Positions 18,841 through 27,465 of a stretch of 64,000 bases of DNA are shown in pieces. The notes under the pieces are model-generated. The model had not been told where the DNA came from, did not search any database, and was given only the letters and a program-made list of their open reading frames with translations. The position numbers and the translations under genes are program-made. The DNA is from an uncultured virus (IMG/VR IMGVR_UViG_3300037295_000360) (taxonomy: Duplodnaviria; Heunggongvirae; Uroviricota; Caudoviricetes). How positions within the stretch are numbered: the first letter of the stretch is position 1; each line of letters opens with the position of its first letter. The stretch lies in the IMG/VR virus record IMGVR_UViG_3300037295_000360, positions 62,001 through 126,000 of that record; one strand, written 5' to 3'.

Positions 18841-19692
18841 ATGAAAATATGGGCATACGTTACCGTATGGAATGAGCAAGAAATGATTTCATATTATCTA
18901 AGGCATTATTCACAGTTTTGTGAAAAGATTATTGTCTTGGATAATGAATCAACAGATGACACATGTATGATTGCTAGCACATATCCAATGGTTGAGATTA
19001 GAAAGTTCAGCACATCTGAGACGTTTAATGACTATGTACATTTAGAATTAAAACATAAATGTATTGAAGAATCAAAGGGCCTTGCTGATTATATTATAGT
19101 TAGTGACTGTGACGAATTTATAGTACATCCTAATATTAAAGAATTTTTAATTAATAATTCCCAATATTCTATATTTTATCCTGCAGGATTTCAAATGGTA
19201 TCTTCTTACTTTCCGACAAGCGATAAACAAATATATGATGAAGTACCCTATGGAGTTCCTGACCCATGGTACTCGAAACCAATTTTAATTAATCCAAATA
19301 AGGTAAACAATTTTATTTGGATTGATGGTTGTCATGAAACAACATTAGACACTGATTATATTGGAGAAATAATGCATCCTGTTCCTGTTGAAATAAGACC
19401 AGATGGGGAGTGGAATGGTCACCCATGGGGTAGATGGAGAATGCAATACAATGTATTAGAGGGGTTTAACTCATTTCCAATTAAATTACTACACTTTAAA
19501 TTTATGAGTGCAGACTACGTCACTGCTAGGTATCAATTATATTCACAAAGAAATAGTAAACAGAATAAAGAAAACGGATTAGCAACCCATTATGAGGATT
19601 CTATCGCAAATAACACTATTCAAAATCAGATAAATAAACTAATAGAGGATTCAATTACTGTAAATATTAATAATTTTGATTATACCAAATAA
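18841..19692 (+). CDS. Family 2-like glycosyltransferase
   Basis: WNEQEMI..YLRHY, LDNESTD, DxD motif VSDCDEF, LLHFK. Confidence 0.85.
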   Translation: MKIWAYVTVWNEQEMISYYLRHYSQFCEKIIVLDNESTDDTCMIASTYPMVEIRKFSTSETFNDYVHLELKHKCIEESKGLADYIIVSDCDEFIVHPNIKEFLINNSQYSIFYPAGFQMVSSYFPTSDKQIYDEVPYGVPDPWYSKPILINPNKVNNFIWIDGCHETTLDTDYIGEIMHPVPVEIRPDGEWNGHPWGRWRMQYNVLEGFNSFPIKLLHFKFMSADYVTARYQLYSQRNSKQNKENGLATHYEDSIANNTIQNQINKLIEDSITVNINNFDYTK

Positions 19693-19693
19693 T

Positions 19694-19755
19694 TTTAACA
19701 AAAAGTTAACATTTATATTTTTTTATTTTCATTTAAAATGATTATATTTACATAT
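19694..19755 (+). promoter_or_regulatory. Promoter cassette, copy 2
   Basis: TTAACA at 19695 and 19706; TATATTTACATAT at 19743. Confidence 0.75.
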
Positions 19756-19772
19756 AGTAAAACAAACAATAT

Positions 19773-20027
19773 ATGGAAAATTTTGATGCATTTGACCCGC
19801 CAATGGCAGAGTTAATTAACAACTTAAAGTTTAAGTTATGTAATGATAATTACGATGTGTTAATTTCAAAGGGAATCGACCTTGATGAAATGAAAGAAAG
19901 AGGGATGGATATCGTACCTGTTATAAATACATTACGTGAAATGATTTTATTATTTCTAGAAGTTGAAGAGTATAAAAAATGTCAAAATATTAAACAAATC
20001 ATAGATGAATATGAATATCATCTATAA
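19773..20027 (+). CDS. Small protein with C-terminal UVR-like motif
   Basis: ILLFLEVEEYKKCQNIKQII. Confidence 0.7.
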   Translation: MENFDAFDPPMAELINNLKFKLCNDNYDVLISKGIDLDEMKERGMDIVPVINTLREMILLFLEVEEYKKCQNIKQIIDEYEYHL

Positions 20028-20044
20028 TAAATAAACACACTAAT

Positions 20045-20230
20045 ATGAAAACAGAAGCAGAGAGTCTAGAAAAAATTGCAGATGCTTTATTGATAATTGC
20101 AACATGTATGCTAAATGCCCAATCAAGGGAAATAGCATTAAATTCTAAAAAAATAAAAGAATCTAGAGAATTATCTAGGGAATCTTTAAAATCATTAAAA
20201 TCAAAAACCACGTTAAATACACAAGTTTAA
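20045..20230 (+). CDS. Hypothetical protein
   Basis: 61-aa ORF in gene order. Confidence 0.55.
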   Translation: MKTEAESLEKIADALLIIATCMLNAQSREIALNSKKIKESRELSRESLKSLKSKTTLNTQV

Positions 20231-20240
20231 TTGATATGAT

Positions 20241-21044
20241 ATGATAGATCACTACAAAGTATTAGGCATATCCCATGAAGCCACACCTGAGGATATTAAA
20301 AGGGCCTACCGCAAGCTTGTAAAATTACATCACCCTGATGTTAATAATGGCAATGATACTGAGTTTAAAAAAATTGCACAGGCATATGATGCAATAACAT
20401 GTGGTGAAGGCAAAACAAAAGGATATACTAAAACCGAGTATAAGTCAACATCGGATAAACAATATAATTGGACTGACTTTTTTTCTAATGATGATTTTTC
20501 ACAAATGTTTAATAATGCATATGGAGGTGGCGTAACAAAAGGTACAGACATTAAGGTTTCAATATCGATCTCACTGGAAGAATGTTATTATGGAGCGCTA
20601 AGACACATTGACGTAGGCACTGGTGGATTTAATATTAATATACCTAAAGGAATTCCCAATGGCACAAAACTTAAAGTAAGTGGAAAAGGTGCCCTCCCTA
20701 CTAATGGTATTAGCTCAACGCCAGGTGACATTATTTTAACAGTAAATGTTATTCATGATTTAGATATTATAGTAAACGGCAATGATATACACATAGACCT
20801 CCAACTGGATTGGATTGATTTAATATTAGGAGGTGACTTTGAAATTAAAAATAAACTACAAAATGTAATTATTAAGGTTCCTCGAGGATCTTATGATTCT
20901 AAGCTTCTTAGGATAGTTGGTAAGGGAATGCCAATATATAATAATGAAGGATTTGGAAACTTATTTGTCAAATTAAGAACACGTAATATCATCTTAAACG
21001 ATAGACAAATAGAGCTATTAAATAAGATAAAATACGATATATAA
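20241..21044 (+). CDS. DnaJ/CbpA-type J-domain chaperone (no Zn finger)
   Basis: DHYKVLG...AYRKL...HHPD; C-terminal IPKG...GKG...PGD and LRIVGKGMP...GNLFV. Confidence 0.92.
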   Translation: MIDHYKVLGISHEATPEDIKRAYRKLVKLHHPDVNNGNDTEFKKIAQAYDAITCGEGKTKGYTKTEYKSTSDKQYNWTDFFSNDDFSQMFNNAYGGGVTKGTDIKVSISISLEECYYGALRHIDVGTGGFNINIPKGIPNGTKLKVSGKGALPTNGISSTPGDIILTVNVIHDLDIIVNGNDIHIDLQLDWIDLILGGDFEIKNKLQNVIIKVPRGSYDSKLLRIVGKGMPIYNNEGFGNLFVKLRTRNIILNDRQIELLNKIKYDI

Positions 21045-21097
21045 TTTATAATGATTTTAAAGCCTAAATTATATTATTAAAAAAATTTAAACCAGAG

Positions 21098-21364
21098 ATG
21101 GATGAATTAGAGGAATACAACAGCACGAATAGCAATCAATTTTTAAAAAAACTACAAAATTCTTCAAAGGAAGATATGATGGAGCTAATATACAATTCAA
21201 TAGTAGAAAGTAAAATGGGTGCGTTAAAGCATAACGGAACTATTAACGATAAAATAGAAGGGGTGCAAAGTGTATTAAATTTCTTTTTAGAAAGAGAGGC
21301 ATATGAAAAATGTTTAGAACTTAAAAAAATAATAATTAAACTAAAAACACCTTCTATAATATAA
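21098..21364 (+). CDS. Small protein with C-terminal UVR-like motif
   Basis: VLNFFLEREAYEKCLELKKII. Confidence 0.7.
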   Translation: MDELEEYNSTNSNQFLKKLQNSSKEDMMELIYNSIVESKMGALKHNGTINDKIEGVQSVLNFFLEREAYEKCLELKKIIIKLKTPSII

Positions 21365-21456
21365 TAACCTTTTAGGCTCCTGGATATTTAACATATTACC
21401 ATACAAATATATAATGTAAGTGGATTTATTTCCACTATTAAAAACAATATTCAATA

Positions 21457-21714
21457 ATGGAAAATGTAAGTGGAGAAGAAAGAGACTCTCTGATGAGATC
21501 CAGCTACAATATAATTACTAAAAGCTTTACAAAAACAGTTAACAGATTCATAGTATATCAAGATGGTAAAAACACAATAGACATTCCGCATGGAAAGGGA
21601 CAAAGAAGCATGTTCATAGATGTTCTGCTTGCTTATTTTATAGAAATCGAAGAATATGAAAAATGTGATATCTTAAAAAAACTAAAAGACCTGGTAATAA
21701 TGACAGGCGATTAA
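21457..21714 (+). CDS. Small protein with C-terminal UVR-like motif
   Basis: LLAYFIEIEEYEKCDILKKL. Confidence 0.7.
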   Translation: MENVSGEERDSLMRSSYNIITKSFTKTVNRFIVYQDGKNTIDIPHGKGQRSMFIDVLLAYFIEIEEYEKCDILKKLKDLVIMTGD

Positions 21715-21727
21715 ATATACCATAACC

Positions 21728-22441
21728 ATGCAACAAAAGAAGACTACTTCGGAATCACCGTCTGGTGTTAAAAGAATATCGGTTAAATTAGATGACATCA
21801 AAGGTGTTAATTTAAAAGATAGCCAACGAGAATACGTCCAACAGATTTTAAAAAATCAAATCACATTTTGTTCAGGTCCTGCTGGAACTTCAAAAACATA
21901 TACAGCATGCTACTCTTCATTAATGTTACTTGCAGAAAAAAAAGTAAAAAAAATAATTCTTTGTAAACCAATACAAGAATCCGGTGAAAAATTAGGATTT
22001 TTACCAGGAGATATTGCAGATAAAATAGATCCATATATGCAATCATATATTTCTAATTTTAAAAAAATTGTTGGTAATGAATTAACTGAAAGTTTAATTC
22101 ACCATGGCATAATTGAATTTAAACCGCTTGCATTTATGAGAGGAGATACCTTTGATGACTCATTTATGATTTTAGATGAAGCACAAAACGCATCCTTTTC
22201 TCAACTAACTCTCTTTGTTACAAGAATGGGTAAAACTTCCAAAGTACTAGTGAGTGGAGATATCAGTCAATACGATATTCCTAAAGCAAACACAGGTTTA
22301 CCTGGATTTATTAAATTAATGGAAGGAATAAATGGAGTAGGCCATCATCAATTTGAAATTAAAGATATTGTAAGAGCAAAAATTTTACAAGATGTTGTTA
22401 AACGATATGATAAATGGAAGCTTGAAAATCCAAATAAATAA
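21728..22441 (+). CDS. phoH: PhoH family ATPase
   Basis: GPAGTSKT, LGFLPGD, PLAFMRG, ILDEAQN, GDISQ, DIVR. Confidence 0.93.
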   Translation: MQQKKTTSESPSGVKRISVKLDDIKGVNLKDSQREYVQQILKNQITFCSGPAGTSKTYTACYSSLMLLAEKKVKKIILCKPIQESGEKLGFLPGDIADKIDPYMQSYISNFKKIVGNELTESLIHHGIIEFKPLAFMRGDTFDDSFMILDEAQNASFSQLTLFVTRMGKTSKVLVSGDISQYDIPKANTGLPGFIKLMEGINGVGHHQFEIKDIVRAKILQDVVKRYDKWKLENPNK

Positions 22442-22487
22442 AGAAACATTCTACTATCCATCTATATAACTTATATAAAACATATAG

Positions 22488-23120
22488 ATGGAAACTAGAA
22501 ATATATTACTTAAACATTCCTACTCAGGGGATTCTTCGATTATAGAAATAGGACTTGACGAGGCAGGAAGAGGTGCTCTTTCAGGACCCGTAACAGTATC
22601 GGCATGTATTATGCCATTTGGATTTGAAAACGTATTGATTAAAGATTCAAAATTATTAAACGAACAGCAACGTAAAGACGCTCGATTAATAGTAGAAGAA
22701 AACGCAATTGCATATCATATTGAACATATATATCCTGCAGAAATAGAATCAACTAATATTTTAAGAGCAACCTTAAGGGGAATGCAGAGATGCTTAGAAG
22801 AAGTTCAGAAAAAAGTAAAGTTTGATTTTATACTAGTAGACGGAGATCAATTCCATGGATTTGAAGGAAAGCCGTTTGAAACAATAGTAGGAGGAGACAA
22901 TAAATATATTTCAATCGCAGCTGCTAGTATTTTAGCAAAAACCGAAAGAGACAGTATGATGAAACAATTAGATATTGAAAATCCAGGATATGGTTGGAAC
23001 TCGAATAAAGGATATGGAACTTCAGCTCATATTAATGCCATTAAGACATTAGGTCCATGTGAAGTACACAGACCAAGTTTTATATCACACATGTTAACTT
23101 CAACCTCATCTCTTTTTTAA
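22488..23120 (+). CDS. rnhB: Ribonuclease HII
   Basis: GLDEAGRG, DSKLL, VDG, SIAAASILAK..RD, NKGYGT, HRPSF. Confidence 0.95.
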   Translation: METRNILLKHSYSGDSSIIEIGLDEAGRGALSGPVTVSACIMPFGFENVLIKDSKLLNEQQRKDARLIVEENAIAYHIEHIYPAEIESTNILRATLRGMQRCLEEVQKKVKFDFILVDGDQFHGFEGKPFETIVGGDNKYISIAAASILAKTERDSMMKQLDIENPGYGWNSNKGYGTSAHINAIKTLGPCEVHRPSFISHMLTSTSSLF

Positions 23121-23122
23121 AA

Positions 23123-23467
23123 ATGAAAAATTTAATAATAGGAATATCTATTTTTATAGTCGGACAATCGTTAGTTTGGGTACAAACTAATGGTCAATTT
23201 ATATGGCCATGGTTTAAAAGGAATCCAGTTTTAGTTGCCATGATCGGAGGATCTATTATTAGTTATTTGTTTATATTTGCTACTAAGTTAATTGCAGAAT
23301 ATTATGGTGGAATTGTTTGGCCAAGCAGATTTATAGGATTTTCATGTGGCATGCTCACATTTACTTTCTTGACTTATTTTATGCTGAACGAGGGATTAAC
23401 TACTAAAACAATAATATCACTAGGATTGGCAATATGTATCTTATGTGTTCAGCTCTTTTGGAAATAA
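23123..23467 (+). CDS. Small four-helix membrane protein (SMR/DMT-like topology)
   Basis: 114 aa with four hydrophobic segments; last loop LNEGLTTK. Confidence 0.55.
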   Translation: MKNLIIGISIFIVGQSLVWVQTNGQFIWPWFKRNPVLVAMIGGSIISYLFIFATKLIAEYYGGIVWPSRFIGFSCGMLTFTFLTYFMLNEGLTTKTIISLGLAICILCVQLFWK

Positions 23468-23470
23468 AAA

Positions 23471-23531
23471 TTTAACACAAATTTAAAAACCCTGATTTTT
23501 TAATCGGGGTTTTTTGTTTATATTTACATAT
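23471..23531 (+). promoter_or_regulatory. Promoter cassette, copy 3
   Basis: TTAACA at 23472, TTAAAA at 23483; TATATTTACATAT at 23519. Confidence 0.65.
23485..23515 (+). terminator. Intrinsic terminator inside the promoter spacer
   Basis: AAAAACCCTGATT-TTTT-AATCGGGGTTTTTT. Confidence 0.75.
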
Positions 23532-23559
23532 AACAAATTAAAACAAATGTAATGTGTAT

Positions 23560-23621
23560 ATTAACAAAAGATTAACACTAATTATTTCTTTCTTAATCAG
23601 AAAATGATTAGATTTATATAT
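23560..23621 (+). promoter_or_regulatory. Promoter cassette, copy 4
   Basis: TTAACA at 23561 and 23572; TAGATTTATATAT at 23609. Confidence 0.65.
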
Positions 23622-23651
23622 AATAATTAATCAATCTTAAACACCATCAAT

Positions 23652-23909
23652 ATGAATTATTCAATTTTTAATAGGCACGAATGCATGATAGAAGATACGC
23701 GGTATGAAATTATCTCAATTATAAAAGAAATTAGTTATTCTGATGAGATTGAAGATTCTTTATCGTTTAATCTTCAAAATTTACTATATGGCTTATTCGA
23801 TGGATATTTATACGAAGATCTTCAAATAATGGCTCTTCAACTACAAACTAAACTAGCATCCAGAGTTACAAGAATCTTCGATACATGTAACCAATATCCT
23901 AAACTTTAA
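23652..23909 (+). CDS. Hypothetical protein
   Basis: 85-aa ORF behind tandem promoter cassettes. Confidence 0.7.
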   Translation: MNYSIFNRHECMIEDTRYEIISIIKEISYSDEIEDSLSFNLQNLLYGLFDGYLYEDLQIMALQLQTKLASRVTRIFDTCNQYPKL

Positions 23910-23920
23910 AATATTTAAAC

Positions 23921-24245
23921 ATGGAAAAAAATACAACACAAATTTCTATTTTAGCAAAAATAGAAAAAATAAGAGAAGTAGTATCTGATTATTTATCTAA
24001 AAATAAAGATTACACTGGGTTAAACGGAATTACCGAACTCCAGGCAAATGGCAAATCACATTATAGGTATAGGTACTTCTATATTATGCACTAAATGGGA
24101 AATCGGATATGCTGGAGGTGGTTTTGTACAGGCAGTTGTAAATAATGATCTTAGAAACGCATTCGGAAGAGCTGACTCGACTAATGTAATCGCTTTAGTA
24201 TTTTATTGTCAATTAATGCAAAACATTGGCATGCCACGATTTTAA
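23921..24245 (+). pseudogene. Small phage gene frameshifted by a 7-bp tandem duplication
   Basis: GGCAAAT at 24043-24049 and 24050-24056. Removing one copy joins 23921-24094 (57 aa) and 24048-24245 into one 105-aa frame. Confidence 0.7.
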
Positions 24246-24256
24246 AAAACAAAAAA

Positions 24257-24673
24257 ATGAAGAGTGAAAATTTTAAAATAACGACTAGTAATATTTCTCT
24301 GTGTGAAAATGTAAGGAATACACTATTAACCACAGTGTCATTATTTAGGATGCGAAAAACAAAAGAGGAAATCATTTTAAAATTTCCAAAGTCCGGAAAT
24401 TATTATTCAGGATTAAGATTTTTAGATGATAGTACTGTCACTGACGCGATATGCAGTGGATTAGTTTCAATGGCCATCAATGACGTTTTAAATCAAAAGG
24501 ATATTATGACAAATAATGATGAAAATATTAGCACAGCTCAATATATTTCTTCTTTTATTAGTAAGATAGGAGGTAAAGGAATGGATGTCATTATATTAGA
24601 GGGATTAAGGCAATGTGCAGTCACTGATTATTTATTAGCATATAAAACAAAAACAATTAATGATATCAATTGA
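24257..24673 (+). CDS. Hypothetical protein
   Basis: ORF; ATG 24257 after an A-rich leader preferred. Confidence 0.65.
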   Translation: MKSENFKITTSNISLCENVRNTLLTTVSLFRMRKTKEEIILKFPKSGNYYSGLRFLDDSTVTDAICSGLVSMAINDVLNQKDIMTNNDENISTAQYISSFISKIGGKGMDVIILEGLRQCAVTDYLLAYKTKTINDIN

Positions 24674-24890
24674 AGAACGAATTGAAAGATTAATTAAAGC
24701 GGATTATATCGTAACATTAGATACTTCTAGCGTTTATCGTATTAATTCGATCGATCATATTGGAGGAACTATATTTGCTAATGTTGGCAGAGGATTACTA
24801 TTTCAAGATATAGAAGTTCTAACTGCAAATGAGGCATACTCTGCCGAAAGGGCGCTAATGGGTATAAGAACATTTTTATCCTCTAAATAA
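24660..24890 (+). CDS. Hypothetical protein
   Basis: 76-aa ORF in gene order. Confidence 0.6.
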   Translation: MISIEERIERLIKADYIVTLDTSSVYRINSIDHIGGTIFANVGRGLLFQDIEVLTANEAYSAERALMGIRTFLSSK

Positions 24891-24952
24891 TTTAACAAAA
24901 AATTAACACATTAAATTTTCAAAAAACTTATATATTGATTATATTTACATAT
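24891..24952 (+). promoter_or_regulatory. Promoter cassette, copy 5
   Basis: TTAACA at 24892 and 24903; TATATTTACATAT at 24940. Confidence 0.75.
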
Positions 24953-24977
24953 GATAAAAACACAAAAAAATAAAAGG

Positions 24978-25898
24978 ATGAGTGCAGATTTTGGATATTG
25001 TTGTATTAATCTAACTCTTGATAAAACAGGTGTTAAGATTGGAAGAGGAATGATTAAAAGAACATTCGATGCAAAGGGAATTAAATATGCAAGTGAATTG
25101 GCAGAGGCAAATTTAACTGATATGATTAAGATATTAGAATGGAATTATGCACAAGGAATTACAATGTATAGAATGTCATCAAGTATGTTTCCATGGAGTT
25201 CAGAATACGATTTATCAGATCTTCCAAATTACGAAGCAATCAAGGTTTTGTTAAAAAGGGCAGGTGATTATGCAAAGAAAACAAGCCAACGTTTAACATT
25301 CCATCCAGGTCCTTTTAATGTGTTAGCAAGTCCTACTCAAAAGGTAGTTGATAGTGCTATTCAAGAGCTATCACAGCATGGCGATGTTATGGATCTTATG
25401 GGTTTACCAAGAACTCATTATGCTGCTATGAATATACATGTCGGTGGTAGTTATGGCGATAAGGATTCTGCTATTCAAAGATTTGCAAAAAACTTTAAAC
25501 TACTTCCTGTAAATGTAACATCCCGTCTAGTTTTAGAGAATGATGATAAGCCAAGTCAATATGGTGTAAAAGATCTCTATAAAATCTATGAGCTATGTGG
25601 CACTCCAATTACATTTGATTATCATCACCATTTTTGCTATGATGATGTTATTTCTGAAGAAGAAGGTCTTAAATTAGCAGCGTTAACATGGCCTAAAGGT
25701 ATAAGACAATTATGCCACTACTCTTCATCTAAGCAATTGTATGAAGATACTACATCAATCCTAAGGGCACATGCTGATTATTTGTATGATCTTATTGAAA
25801 CGTACGATATGTCATTAGATATTGAGATAGAGGCCAAGGCAAAGGAATTAGCTTTAATAAAATATCACAAACAATTTATTAGTGATTCAAAATGGTAA
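24978..25898 (+). CDS. uvsE: UV damage endonuclease (UVDE)
   Basis: GYCCIN, YRMSS, RLTFHPGPFNVL, NIHVGG, LVLENDD, FDYHHH, AHADY, EIEAKAKE. Start moved to ATG 24978. Confidence 0.93.
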   Translation: MSADFGYCCINLTLDKTGVKIGRGMIKRTFDAKGIKYASELAEANLTDMIKILEWNYAQGITMYRMSSSMFPWSSEYDLSDLPNYEAIKVLLKRAGDYAKKTSQRLTFHPGPFNVLASPTQKVVDSAIQELSQHGDVMDLMGLPRTHYAAMNIHVGGSYGDKDSAIQRFAKNFKLLPVNVTSRLVLENDDKPSQYGVKDLYKIYELCGTPITFDYHHHFCYDDVISEEEGLKLAALTWPKGIRQLCHYSSSKQLYEDTTSILRAHADYLYDLIETYDMSLDIEIEAKAKELALIKYHKQFISDSKW

Positions 25899-25922
25899 TA
25901 TATATCATAAACATATAAAACG

Positions 25923-26228
25923 GTGAATGAATCTTTTGTTAAATTAAAAACAAATACTATACTTTTTACAAGAGCACTAAATAATGAATGGATTGAAACT
26001 GTAAAAGTATTAACATTAGTTAATACATCGTTCCTAAATAATACTAAATTATCTTTAGTTGAAAAAAAGAACGTGGCAAATCAACTAAAGAATATGTTAA
26101 AGACAGTACTGATATTTATGATATTTATCTTACCAGGAGGTACCGCTATTATTTTTCTAGTTTATTTTTTTAATATATCTAAGTATATTATACCGAATAG
26201 TTTCTCTTATTTAAAAAAAGATATATAA
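25923..26228 (+). CDS. Small membrane protein resembling the LETM1-like C-terminal module
   Basis: EKKNVANQL...IFILPGG...IIPNSF pattern, recognised from memory only. Confidence 0.45.
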   Translation: MNESFVKLKTNTILFTRALNNEWIETVKVLTLVNTSFLNNTKLSLVEKKNVANQLKNMLKTVLIFMIFILPGGTAIIFLVYFFNISKYIIPNSFSYLKKDI

Positions 26229-26245
26229 AATAAAATAAAATAATT

Positions 26246-26671
26246 ATGACAAGTATTAAATCATTTGAAACTTTTGTTTCAGAAACAGTAAATGTAAATT
26301 TAAAAAAGGTGGAAGACAATACCGTCGCTGAATCGATAATCAACGAAGAAGGAGAAGCTGATCTTAATGTAAAGGTAGAAGATAAAGTTATTCCAGTTTC
26401 AGAAATGCTAGATAAATGTTATGAGGCAATGCTGTCTGAGGCAAAAATGTATCAAGAAGATGCACATGACGATCATACAATAGAAACTTATATGATTGAA
26501 AATGCATCATTAGTCGCAGGTTTATCATCTAGTTGTTTGACTCAAATGAAAGAAGACATGGAAACAGAGGCATACGAAGCATGTTTAAATAGAATGTCAG
26601 AGGCTTACTCTAAGAAAATGAATGAAGTAAAAGAAATGAAACACAGGGTCGATGCAGATGACGTTGAATAA
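26246..26671 (+). CDS. Acidic protein, putative prohead core/internal protein
   Basis: N-terminus IKSFETFVSE resembles the T4 capsid-targeting sequence; further hydrophobic-x-E sites; preceded by GATATATA. Confidence 0.5.
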   Translation: MTSIKSFETFVSETVNVNLKKVEDNTVAESIINEEGEADLNVKVEDKVIPVSEMLDKCYEAMLSEAKMYQEDAHDDHTIETYMIENASLVAGLSSSCLTQMKEDMETEAYEACLNRMSEAYSKKMNEVKEMKHRVDADDVE

Positions 26672-26692
26672 TAATCTAAAAATTTACTAAAT

Positions 26693-26731
26693 AAAAAGTC
26701 TATATATAATTAACAACATATAGACTTTTTT
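26693..26731 (+). terminator. Hairpin/terminator
   Basis: AAAAAGTCTATAT-N12-ATATAGACTTTTTT. Confidence 0.6.
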
Positions 26732-26752
26732 ATTACATTAATAACAGAAAAA

Positions 26753-27217
26753 ATGCCTAGAATTAAAATAGAAACAGTGTATATGCAAGTTGCATATCAA
26801 TTTGCACAGCTTAGTTATGCTACACGAAGAAGAGTAGGCTGTATTATTGTAAAGGAAAATCAAGTCATATCATTTGGATATAATGGCATGCCATATGGTT
26901 TTAATAATATATGTGAAGATAATACGCATAGCAGCCATGCAATTGAACATGAACATCCTGCAATGATAACAACTAAAAGAGAAGTGTTACATGCTGAATC
27001 AAACGCAATAACGAAGGTTGCTAAATCGACGATGAGTTGTGATATGGCACATCTATACACAACAACATGTCCATGCTTCGATTGCGCCAAATTGATTATT
27101 CAAGCCGGAATTAAGTGTGTATATTACACTGAAGACTATAGGGATATGAGCGGAGTTGAATTACTTAAGCATGCAGGTATACCTGTTAAAAAGATATCCG
27201 TGACAAATGAGCATTAA
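26753..27217 (+). CDS. dCMP deaminase (deoxycytidylate deaminase)
   Basis: VGCIIV, GYNGMP, HAE, PCFDCAKLIIQAGI. Confidence 0.93.
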   Translation: MPRIKIETVYMQVAYQFAQLSYATRRRVGCIIVKENQVISFGYNGMPYGFNNICEDNTHSSHAIEHEHPAMITTKREVLHAESNAITKVAKSTMSCDMAHLYTTTCPCFDCAKLIIQAGIKCVYYTEDYRDMSGVELLKHAGIPVKKISVTNEH

Positions 27218-27413
27218 CAAATTAATAGTACCTGATATTAAATTACTTTCTTCATTTTTAGAAATAAATGGAAGTATTAAGTTTTTTAAAAAGTACGTAA
27301 ACAAGATAGATGTATTAATCGGAGAAGATGATGACGTTGATTTTATAGAAAAATTTGAAAAGAAGTATCGTAAAAAAACTAAGTCAAATGACGTTTTTTA
27401 TAAATTGGATTAA
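27207..27413 (+). CDS. Hypothetical protein
   Basis: 68-aa ORF overlapping the previous stop. Confidence 0.55.
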   Translation: MSINKLIVPDIKLLSSFLEINGSIKFFKKYVNKIDVLIGEDDDVDFIEKFEKKYRKKTKSNDVFYKLD

Positions 27414-27465
27414 TCAATTTTTTTTTACAGGAGTTCGACCTAATCACCATAAAAAATTAAAAGTA

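Noticed and set aside
15815..27465. ORF-track starts at 15815, 17815, 24206, 24951 and 27355
   Set aside because: They overlap upstream genes, terminators or promoter cassettes. Downstream ATGs (15923, 17872, 24257, 24978, 27466) have A-rich leaders.
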